From Verrucomicrobiaceae bacterium (GTDB lineage Bacteria; Verrucomicrobiota; Verrucomicrobiia; Verrucomicrobiales; Akkermansiaceae), in assembly GCA_027485995.1 (NCBI GenBank), contig JAIXPW010000047.1, forward strand, positions 1-24,000: a stretch of 24,000 nucleotides of DNA. The letters run 5' to 3'. The first letter of the stretch is position 1, and every line of letters starts with the position of its first letter. Of the stretch, positions 15,909 to 24,000 are shown one piece after another. Under the pieces are notes generated by a model that saw only the letters and a program-made list of their open reading frames with translations, had not been told where the DNA came from and searched no databases. The translations under genes and the position numbers were made by a program.

Positions 15909-16676
15909 TCAGCGGCTCCAGCCCTCGTGGATCAGCCTCGTCAGATGCAGCTGACTGCCGTGAGTCCCCTTCTTGAATTCGAATTCAGCCGTCACCGGGA
16001 TTCTCTGCCGACCCGTGAAATCGAGTCTGCAACCTGACGCGGGGTCGACCCTTGCAATCACGGGCTGAAGCGAGTCGCGATGCTCCACGGAAACCCAGGG
16101 ACCGTCCACCGCATCATCCGCCGAGAGTCCCTCGGGAACCTTGCTGAGATACACTCGCATCATTTGCAGCGCTGTCGGCTGCGTTTCAACCCATTCGATC
16201 CAATCCATCGTGCCATAGGCGGTGAAGCTCTCCCAATCGAGTCCAAATCCCGCGCCGTCCCAGATCATCGCAAGCGGCTGCCTCTCACCTGAAGAAAGCT
16301 TGAGATCGAAGAATACAAGCACCCTGCCCCGATCTTCCAACAGCTTCGCAGAGAGGATTTCATCCAGCATTGGCAGTGGATGCCGACGCCGGCGATGAAA
16401 GTCCATCCAGAGTGGGCCAACTCTTCCAGGATCGTGAAGCAACGCACATTTCGAGGGATCGTCGGGAGCGCTGAAATACTCCAACAGCCTTGTACGCGCC
16501 AGTTCCTCGGTAGGTGGAATTGTCGGTATCTTGACGGGAGGATCCATAGCCATGGGCTTTCGTCTGACTTGCAGCATGCCCGCCAGCCAGGAGACTCCAA
16601 ACACCAATGCAAGCAGCAGTAGGAGCCGCGAGATGAACCAGGTGAGGCGCCACCTGGAAGCACGTGACCGCTTCAT
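15909..16676 (-). CDS. N-terminally membrane-anchored hypothetical protein, translationally coupled to the upstream metalloprotease gene
   Basis: 255 aa. Basic N-terminus plus TM (WFISRLLLLLALVFGVSWLAGML). No family motif recognised. Its ATG (16676..16674) overlaps the protease stop (16675..16673) as ATGA. Confidence 0.75.
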   Translation of the reverse strand: MKRSRASRWRLTWFISRLLLLLALVFGVSWLAGMLQVRRKPMAMDPPVKIPTIPPTEELARTRLLEYFSAPDDPSKCALLHDPGRVGPLWMDFHRRRRHPLPMLDEILSAKLLEDRGRVLVFFDLKLSSGERQPLAMIWDGAGFGLDWESFTAYGTMDWIEWVETQPTALQMMRVYLSKVPEGLSADDAVDGPWVSVEHRDSLQPVIARVDPASGCRLDFTGRQRIPVTAEFEFKKGTHGSQLHLTRLIHEGWSR

Positions 16677-17845
16677 CCCTGGGTTCTCCGCCGACGGGTG
16701 GACGCGAAGCCCATCAACACCGCACCCCAGGCCAGCATGGGTTCCGGCACCGGAGAGATATCATAGCCGATCAAATCCAGCGCCCGCAGGTCAGCGATGC
16801 TGGGAGTGAAGATCTGCCCATAGTCGATGGTGGGATCCATCCCCCCGATCAGGGTTCCGGTTAGATTGCCATCCTTCCAATGCGATGCCTGCCGACCATC
16901 GCCGCGCTCCAATCCGGTGGACATCAGGTAGAACTCGGTTCCATCGAACAGACCAGACGCCACCCCCGGGGTGAGTTCGCGAACTCCATTGGTGAACTCC
17001 ACTTCATTGGTGGGGCGACCCACCGAGGCGAACCTGAACAGATCGAGGGTCGTGACCGAAAGGGTCGCACCGGTGAGATCCGTGCCGACCGGGACTCCAT
17101 CGGCGACGTCCGTCTGCGACAGAAAGCCCAGGGCATGGCCGATCTCGTGCAGGGCGACACTTTCGAAATCAATCGTTCCAGGTGCCGCAGTCGAGCGATC
17201 GTAGCTGAAGGCGAAGTCGCTGTTGAAATCGATCTGGGCATCAATGGTCGTGCCTACGAGTCCATCCAGGAAGGAAGTAGGCAGTCCGAGAGCCTTGGCG
17301 TTGGCCTTGGTCAGCAGGACGTTTCCACTGAAGGCGATCCCGGTCAGTGAGCGTATCGACAGATTGTCCGGCAGGGCGAAAACAATGCCATCGTCGGCCT
17401 CGTCTGCGGCATCATCCACAAGCAGCCCACCCACTCCGAGGTAGCCGCCTTGAAGATAGACGGGATTGGTTCCACCGATGACGTTCGAGTTTCCGGCACC
17501 GAAGGAATAAACATCCGCGTCGATCACGATGGTGATTTCGTCAGTGATGTAGCTCGCCCAGGTGGCGGCGGCCCGGTTGAAGGCTGCAAGGGCAGGAGCG
17601 TTGCCGGCGAGTGAGCCCCCGGATCGAGGTTGGATCACCAGATTCAGTCCACCACTGCCCAGATGGATCGGAGCGGAGGCCCCGGCAGGCTGCAAACCCG
17701 GGTCAGATCCGGAGGAATTGAGCCCAAACGGCTGGAGAAAATCCGGATCCGCCGAAGCTACGCGAATGAAAACCAGGACGATTCCCAGAATTCGTGAAAA
17801 TGGGTTGAGAGATCGCGACATCATGCGGATACGGGCCGGAATCAT
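16673..17845 (-). CDS. Secreted zinc metalloprotease with C-terminal PEP-CTERM sorting signal (HExxHxLGF type)
   Basis: Signal peptide (SRILGIVLVFIRVASA-DP). Zinc motif HEIGHALGF (17123-17149). Conserved GDGRQASHWK and GGMDPT. The C-terminus VPEP-MLAWGAVLMGFAS-TRRRR is a PEP-CTERM motif, TM helix and Arg cluster. Alternative ATG starts at 17824 and 17821. Confidence 0.85.
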   Translation of the reverse strand: MIPARIRMMSRSLNPFSRILGIVLVFIRVASADPDFLQPFGLNSSGSDPGLQPAGASAPIHLGSGGLNLVIQPRSGGSLAGNAPALAAFNRAAATWASYITDEITIVIDADVYSFGAGNSNVIGGTNPVYLQGGYLGVGGLLVDDAADEADDGIVFALPDNLSIRSLTGIAFSGNVLLTKANAKALGLPTSFLDGLVGTTIDAQIDFNSDFAFSYDRSTAAPGTIDFESVALHEIGHALGFLSQTDVADGVPVGTDLTGATLSVTTLDLFRFASVGRPTNEVEFTNGVRELTPGVASGLFDGTEFYLMSTGLERGDGRQASHWKDGNLTGTLIGGMDPTIDYGQIFTPSIADLRALDLIGYDISPVPEPMLAWGAVLMGFASTRRRRTQG

Positions 17846-17892
17846 CCGGCTTGTCAGGCGGACCTAGAGCGGCACTGCCTCCCTCCCGGCGA

Positions 17893-18657
17893 TCATTTGG
17901 CAACCGTCACATCATCGCCGTAGAAGCTCTTGATGTAGCCGAACTCCACCAAGGTGTCCTGCCACGGGGAAATGACGTTCGGATCCTCGAACACCCGGCC
18001 CCCCATGGCCAGCCACTCCTCGGCCTTGATCAAATCGTTGTTCTTGTAGCAGAGCGCGGCGTGGGCGTAATAGTAATAAGGCGAATCATCGAGGAAATCG
18101 TATTTCTCCGCGAGAACCTCGGCCTCCTCATTCTTGCCCAGCTTGATCTTGCAGAGCAGGATTTTGAACTCCACCAAGCGGGATAGCGGCATCTGCTCTT
18201 TGGTGGTCAGTTTCTTCACGACTTTCTCGAACACATCCAGCGCCGACTGCCATTTCTTGGTCACGAAAAGAATCTCTCCGATGTTGAACTGGATGCTCGC
18301 ATCCTCCGGTGAGAGCTTCTCCGCCACCCGAAAGGCCTCCATCGCCTTTTCGAAGTCCCGGAACTCCACCGAGCAGGATCCCCGCAAATTCAGCAACTCC
18401 GGGCTGTCCTGGAAAATGACGCTGGCCTTCTCCAGCTCGTCGATGGTCTCGAAGACCCGCTTGTCACGGAACAAGCGGTCCGCCTCTACCAAGTGCTTGT
18501 TAAACTCATTGCGACGCTCCTCGGGAAGATTGAGGAAGGCCTTTTGGTTCAGCGTCAGTTGCATGGGCTTCCTTTCGGCATCTGGCGCTGGCGAATCCTG
18601 GGCGACGGCCATCAGGCAGGAACCAATGAAAACTGCGGATAAGAGGGAAATCTTCAT
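17893..18657 (-). CDS. Secreted (possibly lipoprotein) TPR-repeat protein
   Basis: ATG at 18657 gives MKISLLSAVFIGSCLMAVAQ (signal peptide with a possible lipobox Cys). The remainder is helical-repeat sequence with TPR-like A/Y/F/L spacing (e.g. AMEAFRVAEKLSPEDASIQFNIGEILF). Less GC-rich than its neighbours. Confidence 0.8.
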   Translation of the reverse strand: MKISLLSAVFIGSCLMAVAQDSPAPDAERKPMQLTLNQKAFLNLPEERRNEFNKHLVEADRLFRDKRVFETIDELEKASVIFQDSPELLNLRGSCSVEFRDFEKAMEAFRVAEKLSPEDASIQFNIGEILFVTKKWQSALDVFEKVVKKLTTKEQMPLSRLVEFKILLCKIKLGKNEEAEVLAEKYDFLDDSPYYYYAHAALCYKNNDLIKAEEWLAMGGRVFEDPNVISPWQDTLVEFGYIKSFYGDDVTVAK

Positions 18658-18709
18658 GACGATGATTCGGACTCTACCCGAGAAATTCTCAGGACGCAAG
18701 CCACGGTTC

Positions 18710-19306
18710 TCAAAGGTAGAGTCCCCGCCCCGCCAGATAGTCGGCCACCTCTGGATTCATCCAATCGCTGATCATCCGACCTCGTCGGACGGCCTCGCGG
18801 ACCGCCGTGGCCGAGGCCGGATGATCACCGGGCACGACCTGCATCCGGTATCCCTCCCTCATTTGCGGAGCTTCCCCTCCCCTCGCCAGCACGAGGAAGG
18901 TCACCACCGCCGCCAGACGCTCGGGGTGCTTCCACCGTGGCAGCGCGTTCCATTGATCGCCTCCCATCAGCCAGAACCACTCCGTTTCAGGCTCTCTCGC
19001 GGAAAGGACCTCCGCCGTGAGATAGGAAAATGAGGGCTCAGGGCCGGTCAGCTCGTAATTCTCGACCTTCGCCCATGACAGATCCTCCGTCGCCAACCGC
19101 AGCATTTCCAACCGGTCCTCTGGCTGGGCGGTCGCGTGGCCGATCTTGTGCGGGGAAATCCGGCACGGCATGAAACGCACTTCATCGAGATCCGCCGCCT
19201 CCTTCGCCAATCGCGCCATGTGGACATGACCAAGATGGACCGGATCAAAGGTCCCGCCGAAGAGGGCGATGCGCTTTTTCTCAGACATGGCGTCGGGTGT
19301 GTTCAC
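18710..19306 (-). CDS. nadD: Nicotinate-nucleotide adenylyltransferase
   Basis: GGTFDPVHLGH (HxGH nucleotidyltransferase motif) and a C-terminal SATAVR (ISSTxxR-like) motif. Likely start MSEKKRIALFGG at 19288. Either start overlaps the 3' end of the AraC gene. Confidence 0.92.
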   Translation of the reverse strand: MNTPDAMSEKKRIALFGGTFDPVHLGHVHMARLAKEAADLDEVRFMPCRISPHKIGHATAQPEDRLEMLRLATEDLSWAKVENYELTGPEPSFSYLTAEVLSAREPETEWFWLMGGDQWNALPRWKHPERLAAVVTFLVLARGGEAPQMREGYRMQVVPGDHPASATAVREAVRRGRMISDWMNPEVADYLAGRGLYL

Positions 19307-20069
19307 GATACGCCGCCGGCGGCATGCCGACCGTGGCGCGGAATTGTCGGGTGAAGGCGGTCTGGTCGCCGTAACCGCAGGCCAGCGCGATCTCCGCCAC
19401 CGGGGTCGAGGTGGTGGTCAGCCACTCCGCCGCCACGCCGATCCGCGCTTTGCGGATGAACTGCGAGGTGGTGAGCATGAAAACTTTCCGCATCCGGCGA
19501 TCGAGCTGGGCTGGGGAAAGTTTCGCCTTCGCCGCGAGATCGGCGGGCCGCAGGTCTTCGTCGAGGTGCTTCTGGATGAAAGCCACCGTCCGCGCCACGC
19601 CCGCGAACTCGGTGTCCGATTCACTCGGCTCACCGAGATCCCGGGAGATCGACGCCAGCCCAACCACCCTTCCCTTCGCGTCGTGCAGCGGCACCTTCGT
19701 GGCCAGATACCAGCCGAGCGTGCCGTTGCGATTCGTCACCAGCTCCAGCCGGTCCGCCAGCTCGCGCCCCGACTCCAGCACCTGCAGGTCCTGCTCGCGA
19801 TACGCCGCCGCCAGGTGCTCCGGGAAAAACTCATCCGCCACCCGGCCTAACAGCTTTCGGGGATGATCAATGCCGAGCCGCTCCGCAAAGGCCTGGTTCG
19901 CCGCGCGATACCGCCGCTCACGATCCTTCAGGCAGAACACCACGTCCGGCAGGTGCGCGAACAGCCGCTCGCAAAACCGCGGCGAGGCGAGCTGATCCAG
20001 GAAGTCATCATCGGCGGACACGGCGGATTCTTTGCCGCAACGCATGGGACTTTCATGCGGATCGGTCAA
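19281..20069 (-). CDS. AraC-family transcriptional regulator with N-terminal PAS sensor domain (candidate proline-utilisation regulator)
   Basis: PAS-like LPDVVFCLKDRERRYRAANQAFAERLG...WYLATKVPLHDAKGRVVGLASISRD. C-terminal AraC double HTH (FIRKARIGVAAEWLTTTSTPVAEIALACGYGDQTAFTRQFRATVGMPPAAYR). Divergent from putA. Confidence 0.9.
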   Translation of the reverse strand: MTDPHESPMRCGKESAVSADDDFLDQLASPRFCERLFAHLPDVVFCLKDRERRYRAANQAFAERLGIDHPRKLLGRVADEFFPEHLAAAYREQDLQVLESGRELADRLELVTNRNGTLGWYLATKVPLHDAKGRVVGLASISRDLGEPSESDTEFAGVARTVAFIQKHLDEDLRPADLAAKAKLSPAQLDRRMRKVFMLTTSQFIRKARIGVAAEWLTTTSTPVAEIALACGYGDQTAFTRQFRATVGMPPAAYREHTRRHV

Positions 20070-20092
20070 GACAGCGGTGCGATGCTCTGATC

Positions 20093-23000
20093 ATGACGCT
20101 TTCCTCCATCCAGCATCGTCTCGACCAGATCCGCCGGAACCCGATCAGCGATGAGGCGCTTGTCGATGAAGCCATCGCCCTCGCCGCCGACCTGCTCAAA
20201 GCCGCGCAGTCCGAAGAGCGCTCCGGCGAGCGTCGCCAGGCGAAGCAGATGGCCCGGATGATGAACGACCCTGCCGGCAAGGCCTTCACCCTGGCGATGG
20301 CCGACCAGGTGTTCCGCCCGCCGACGCATGCACGCTCCGCCTCGCAGTTCCGACACCTCGTCGAGGGCTATGGCGTGCCAGACTACCTTTCCCTGCCGGA
20401 AAAAATCGCCATGCGCGCTGGAGCCGCAGCCTCGGCCTTCGCGCCCGAGATCGTGATCCCGGCCATCACCGGCGCGATGCGTTCGCAGAGTTCCTCGGTC
20501 ATCCTGCCCGCCGAGGATGCGAAGCTAAAACCCCTCCTCGCCCGCCGCAAGAAGGCCGGCATGCGGATGAACCTCAACCAACTCGGCGAGGCGATCCTTG
20601 GCGAACACGAGGCCGAACACCGCATCCAGGCCGTGATTGCCCGACTCGAATCGCCCGACTGCGATTACCTCTCGGTCAAGATCTCGGCGATCTTCAGCCA
20701 GATCCATCTCGTCGGCGAAACCGAAACCCTCGCACGCATCACCGACCGACTCCGCCAGCTTTACCGCGTCGCGATGAAGAACCCGGTCAACGGTCGGCCG
20801 AAGTTCGTGAACCTCGACATGGAGGAATACCGCGACCTTCATCTGACCTGCGATGCTTTTCGCGAAGTACTAGACGAACCGGAGTTCATGCAGCTTGAGG
20901 CGGGCATCGTGCTCCAGGCCTACCTGCCCGACTCCTGGCCGGTGCAGAAGGACCTCATCGCCTGGGCCAAGGAACGCGTCGCCCGTGGTGGGGCCGGGAT
21001 CAAGATCCGCATCGTGAAGGGCGCGAACCTTGCCATGGAAAGCGTCGAGGCCGAACTCCACGACTGGCCGCTCGCGCCCTACGGATCAAAGGAGGAGGTC
21101 GATGCCAACTTCAAGCGCATGGTCCATGAGGCCTGCGTTCCCGGTAACGCCGCAGTCGTCCGCCATGGCGTGGCCAGCCACAACCTTTTCGACATCGCCT
21201 ACACCCTGCTGCTGCGGGCCCGTGAACGCGTCGATGCAAGAGTCGAGTTCGAGATGCTCGAAGGCATGGCCAACCATCAGGCCCGCGTCGTGAATGAAAG
21301 CGCTGGTGGCCTCCTGCTCTACGCGCCGGTCGTGAACCGCGACGATTTCCACAGCGCCATCGCGTATCTGGTCCGACGCCTCGACGAGAACACCTCCGAG
21401 GAAAACTTCCTCCGCGATCTCTTCGGGATGAAGCCCGGCGATGCCGCCTGGAAACGCCAGGAGGAACGCTTCCGCCGCGCCTGTGCCCGCAAGGACAGCG
21501 TGCTCGCCGGACCGAAGCGCCTTCAGGATCGCAGCCGCGAAACCGTGGTCGCCCTGCCGCTCGACGCCCCTTTCCACAACGAGGCCGACACCGACTTTTC
21601 CCTGCCCGCCAACCGCAAGTGGGCGCGTGAATTGATCGAAGCGAAACGCTCCACTCCCATCGCCGACATCCCGCTGGTGATCGACGGTCGTGAGGAAATG
21701 ACGCAGCACATGGAAACCGGCTTCGACCCGTCGCGTCCCGGTGTCAAAGCCTACCGCCACTCACTTGCCGGACCGCAGGAAATCGAACGCGCGCTGCAAG
21801 CCGCCGTCTCTGCCCGCGCCTCCTGGAAAGCCCTCGGCTTCGAAGGTCGCGGCGTGCTCGTCAGGGAAGTCGCCGCTGAGATCGAGCGCACTCGCGGCGA
21901 AGCCATTGCCACGATGTTGCTCGATGCCGGCAAGGCCGTTTCCGAAGCGGATGTCGAGATCACCGAGGCGATCGACTTCGCCAACTACTACACTCGTCGT
22001 TTTTCCGACGATGGCGCGGTCTTCGAGCCCTTCGGCACGGTGCTCGTTACCCCGCCGTGGAATTTCCCCTTCGCCATCCCCTGCGGCAGCATCCTCGCCG
22101 CGCTGATCGGCGGCAACACCGTCATCCTCAAGCCTGCGCCGGAAACCGTGCTCACGGCCTGGGTGCTGGTGAACTGCCTGTGGCGCGCCGGGATTCCCAA
22201 GGACGTCCTCCAGTTTGTCCCCTGCCCCGACAATGAAATCGGTCGCTCGCTCGTCACCGACGACCGCATCGGCGCGGTGGTTCTAACAGGTGCCTACGAG
22301 ACCGCCCGGATGTTCCTCGACTGGAAGCCATCGTTGCGACTCTTCGCCGAAACCAGCGGCAAGAACTCGCTCATCATCACCGCCGCCGCCGATCCCGACC
22401 AGGCGATCAAGGATCTCGTCAAAAGCGCTTTCGGCCATGCCGGTCAGAAATGCTCCGCCGCCTCGCTCGCGATCGTCGAGGCCGAGGTTTACGACAGCCC
22501 GGGCTTCCGCCGACAGCTCAAGGACGCCGCGCAATCGCTCCGTGTTTCCGGACCGTGGAACCTAGACGCCATTGTCACCCCGATCATCCGCGAAGCCGGC
22601 GAATCCTTGCACCGCGCTCTAACAACTCTGGATCCCGGCGAGGAATGGTTGCTCGAACCAAAGATGATCGATGGCAATCCCTGCCTGTGGTCGCCCGGCA
22701 TCAAACTCGGCGTGAAACCGGACAGCTGGTATCGCCGCACCGAATGCTTCGGCCCGGTCCTCGGGCTGGTGAAGGCCAACGATTGCCAACACGCCCTCAG
22801 GATCCAGAACGACTCGCAGTTTGGTCTAACAGGCGGGATCCACTCGCTCGACGACCGCGAGATCGCGATCTGGCGCGAGCAGGTCGAGGTCGGCAACGCC
22901 TACATCAACCGGCCGATCACCGGAGCCATCGTCCAACGCCAACCCTTCGGCGGCTGGAAGCGTTCCTGCTTCGGCCCGGGCGCGAAGGCCGGTGGCCCGA

Positions 23001-23632
23001 ACTACTGCCAGCTCTTCGGAACCTGGACGAATGTCGGCCTGCCCACCGAGCGAGCCGAGCCGACTTCCAGCAGCCTCGAACTGCTGATGAAACTGGTCGC
23101 CCTCCTCCCCGAATCCCGCGACCGCCTGGTCGCCGCTGCCGGCAGCGATGCCTTCTGGAACGAACGGGAGTTCTCGATCGAACACGACCCCAGCGGCCTG
23201 CGTTTCGAGTCGAATGATTTCCGCTACCGACGTTTCCCGCGCGGCCTGGTCCGTGTGGAAAACTCGCTGGCCGACGAGGACCTCGCCCGACTTCTCCTCA
23301 CCGCCCAGGCCATGAACCTGCCGGTTTCCCTCTCACTCGAAAGCCCACGCTCATGGCTCAGCGGGCTTGGGTTTGAATCGATCACCGAATCCTCGGAAGG
23401 CCTGATCCATCGTCTTCCTTCCATCGCCTCACACTTCGGCGTCCTCCGCGCTCCGCACGGCGAAACCGCCCTGAAATCGGCTGCCATCGCCAACGGTCTG
23501 CGCTGGGCCGACGGACCTGTTCTCACAAACGCCCGACTCGAATGGCCGGCCTGGCTTCGTGAGCAATCGATCTCGGAAACCCGTCATCGATACGGAAACC
23601 TCTTGCCCAATCCGTTAGAATTGATCAAATAA
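20093..23632 (+). CDS. putA: Bifunctional proline dehydrogenase / L-glutamate-gamma-semialdehyde (P5C) dehydrogenase, long form without an N-terminal RHH domain
   Basis: 1179 aa. PRODH barrel region (NLDMEEYRDL, VKGANL, ASHN). ALDH domain with PPWNFPFAIP, catalytic Glu in ETSGKNSLII and Cys in FGHAGQKCSAAS. About 200-aa C-terminal ALDH-like domain. Confidence 0.97.
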   Translation: MTLSSIQHRLDQIRRNPISDEALVDEAIALAADLLKAAQSEERSGERRQAKQMARMMNDPAGKAFTLAMADQVFRPPTHARSASQFRHLVEGYGVPDYLSLPEKIAMRAGAAASAFAPEIVIPAITGAMRSQSSSVILPAEDAKLKPLLARRKKAGMRMNLNQLGEAILGEHEAEHRIQAVIARLESPDCDYLSVKISAIFSQIHLVGETETLARITDRLRQLYRVAMKNPVNGRPKFVNLDMEEYRDLHLTCDAFREVLDEPEFMQLEAGIVLQAYLPDSWPVQKDLIAWAKERVARGGAGIKIRIVKGANLAMESVEAELHDWPLAPYGSKEEVDANFKRMVHEACVPGNAAVVRHGVASHNLFDIAYTLLLRARERVDARVEFEMLEGMANHQARVVNESAGGLLLYAPVVNRDDFHSAIAYLVRRLDENTSEENFLRDLFGMKPGDAAWKRQEERFRRACARKDSVLAGPKRLQDRSRETVVALPLDAPFHNEADTDFSLPANRKWARELIEAKRSTPIADIPLVIDGREEMTQHMETGFDPSRPGVKAYRHSLAGPQEIERALQAAVSARASWKALGFEGRGVLVREVAAEIERTRGEAIATMLLDAGKAVSEADVEITEAIDFANYYTRRFSDDGAVFEPFGTVLVTPPWNFPFAIPCGSILAALIGGNTVILKPAPETVLTAWVLVNCLWRAGIPKDVLQFVPCPDNEIGRSLVTDDRIGAVVLTGAYETARMFLDWKPSLRLFAETSGKNSLIITAAADPDQAIKDLVKSAFGHAGQKCSAASLAIVEAEVYDSPGFRRQLKDAAQSLRVSGPWNLDAIVTPIIREAGESLHRALTTLDPGEEWLLEPKMIDGNPCLWSPGIKLGVKPDSWYRRTECFGPVLGLVKANDCQHALRIQNDSQFGLTGGIHSLDDREIAIWREQVEVGNAYINRPITGAIVQRQPFGGWKRSCFGPGAKAGGPNYCQLFGTWTNVGLPTERAEPTSSSLELLMKLVALLPESRDRLVAAAGSDAFWNEREFSIEHDPSGLRFESNDFRYRRFPRGLVRVENSLADEDLARLLLTAQAMNLPVSLSLESPRSWLSGLGFESITESSEGLIHRLPSIASHFGVLRAPHGETALKSAAIANGLRWADGPVLTNARLEWPAWLREQSISETRHRYGNLLPNPLELIK

Positions 23633-23637
23633 CATGT

Positions 23638-23706
23638 GCTCTTGCCACGTGCGGTCGCCGGGATATCCGGGGGGAGACCTCGGTGGCCCCGTGGCAAGGG
23701 CATTTT
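23638..23706 (+). terminator. Long imperfect stem-loop followed by a U-run downstream of putA (candidate terminator)
   Basis: Arms GCTCTTGCCACG (23638-23649) / CGTGGCAAGGGC (23690-23701), 11 of 12 paired. Inner pairing GGTC..CCGG-gatat-CCGG..GACC. Followed by ATTTTG. Confidence 0.4.
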
Positions 23707-23883
23707 GAGTCAGGAACGGGCTGGCTCCAGCCCGTGCATGAGCAACCCAAAGGATGTGGGTCTTGCGTGCGTCCTTGGATCTCTACGAATTCCTCAAGAA
23801 GGCTGGAAGGCAATCAAGTTTGCACCGCTCCCTTCGTGTCGAGTTTCGGATTGTTGATCCTGAACCGGAGTGGCCTCGGGTCG

Positions 23884-24000
23884 TCAACCATGCATCCGGG
23901 GAAGCGCCCATAAGAAGCCGACCGCTATCGCAAGCATCACGCCCAGAATCCTAACCGCATCCTCCAGATCAATCGTCTGACGTGAGATTTGACGGGCAAA
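23884..24000 (-). CDS. Possible 3' end of a minus-strand gene entering from the right edge (C-terminal TM segment)
   Basis: Only one minus-strand frame is open from the edge: FARQISRQTIDLEDAVRILGVMLAIAVGFLWALPRMHG-stop (stop at 23886..23884). 38 codons only, no family recognisable. Confidence 0.3.
   Translation of the reverse strand, partial: FARQISRQTIDLEDAVRILGVMLAIAVGFLWALPRMHG

Noticed and set aside
15975-15986. 12-bp palindrome GAATTCGAATTC
   Set aside because: It lies inside a well-supported CDS (encoding EFEF on the minus strand). It is a single occurrence and most likely coincidental.
1-24000. tRNA, rRNA, tmRNA, RNase P RNA, SRP RNA, CRISPR arrays
   Set aside because: I scanned the non-coding stretches by eye for T-loop (GGTTCGAATCC-like), GAGGAAAGTCC, 4.5S domain IV and regularly spaced direct repeats. 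The only hit was an isolated CAGCCAAG word at 6367-6374, which is insufficient. A covariance-model scan would be the decisive test.

Overview
GC-rich bacterial chromosomal window with about 22 protein-coding genes. I recognise no rRNA, tRNA or CRISPR array. Left to right: the 5' end of an IS200/RAYT-like gene (-); a MalY/PatB-type C-S lyase, a secreted hypothetical, and bioB followed by an orphan KAS I/II-type condensing enzyme and a YkuD (L,D-transpeptidase)-phosphoserine phosphatase fusion (+); a small HTH/coiled-coil protein and a ~460 nt AT-richer non-coding gap; the gcvT-gcvH-gcvP-nudix operon (-); a rhomboid-like membrane protein with a C-terminal zinc ribbon (+); the rpmH-rnpA-yidD-yidC cluster (-); a GNAT acetyltransferase plus a small membrane protein (+); a minus-strand run of PAS-AraC regulator, nadD, TPR protein, PEP-CTERM-tagged HExxHxLGF metalloprotease and a translationally coupled membrane-anchored hypothetical; and a long bifunctional putA (+). 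The PEP-CTERM tag, gene content and composition suggest a Verrucomicrobiota/PVC-type genome, but that is inference only. This is mostly housekeeping DNA, with no recognisable defence island, prophage or complete mobile element. Four loci are most worth a second look. (1) The bioB - orphan Cys-His-His KAS - cytoplasmic YkuD/PSP fusion operon, a possible non-canonical biotin-precursor route. (2) The TPR / PEP-CTERM metalloprotease / coupled membrane protein set. (3) The small, apparently highly expressed HTH/coiled-coil protein with an operator-like palindrome, and the structured non-coding gap after it. (4) The rhomboid-like zinc-ribbon protein divergent from gcvT. All functional calls rest on motifs read by eye from the supplied translations. 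No database search was run.
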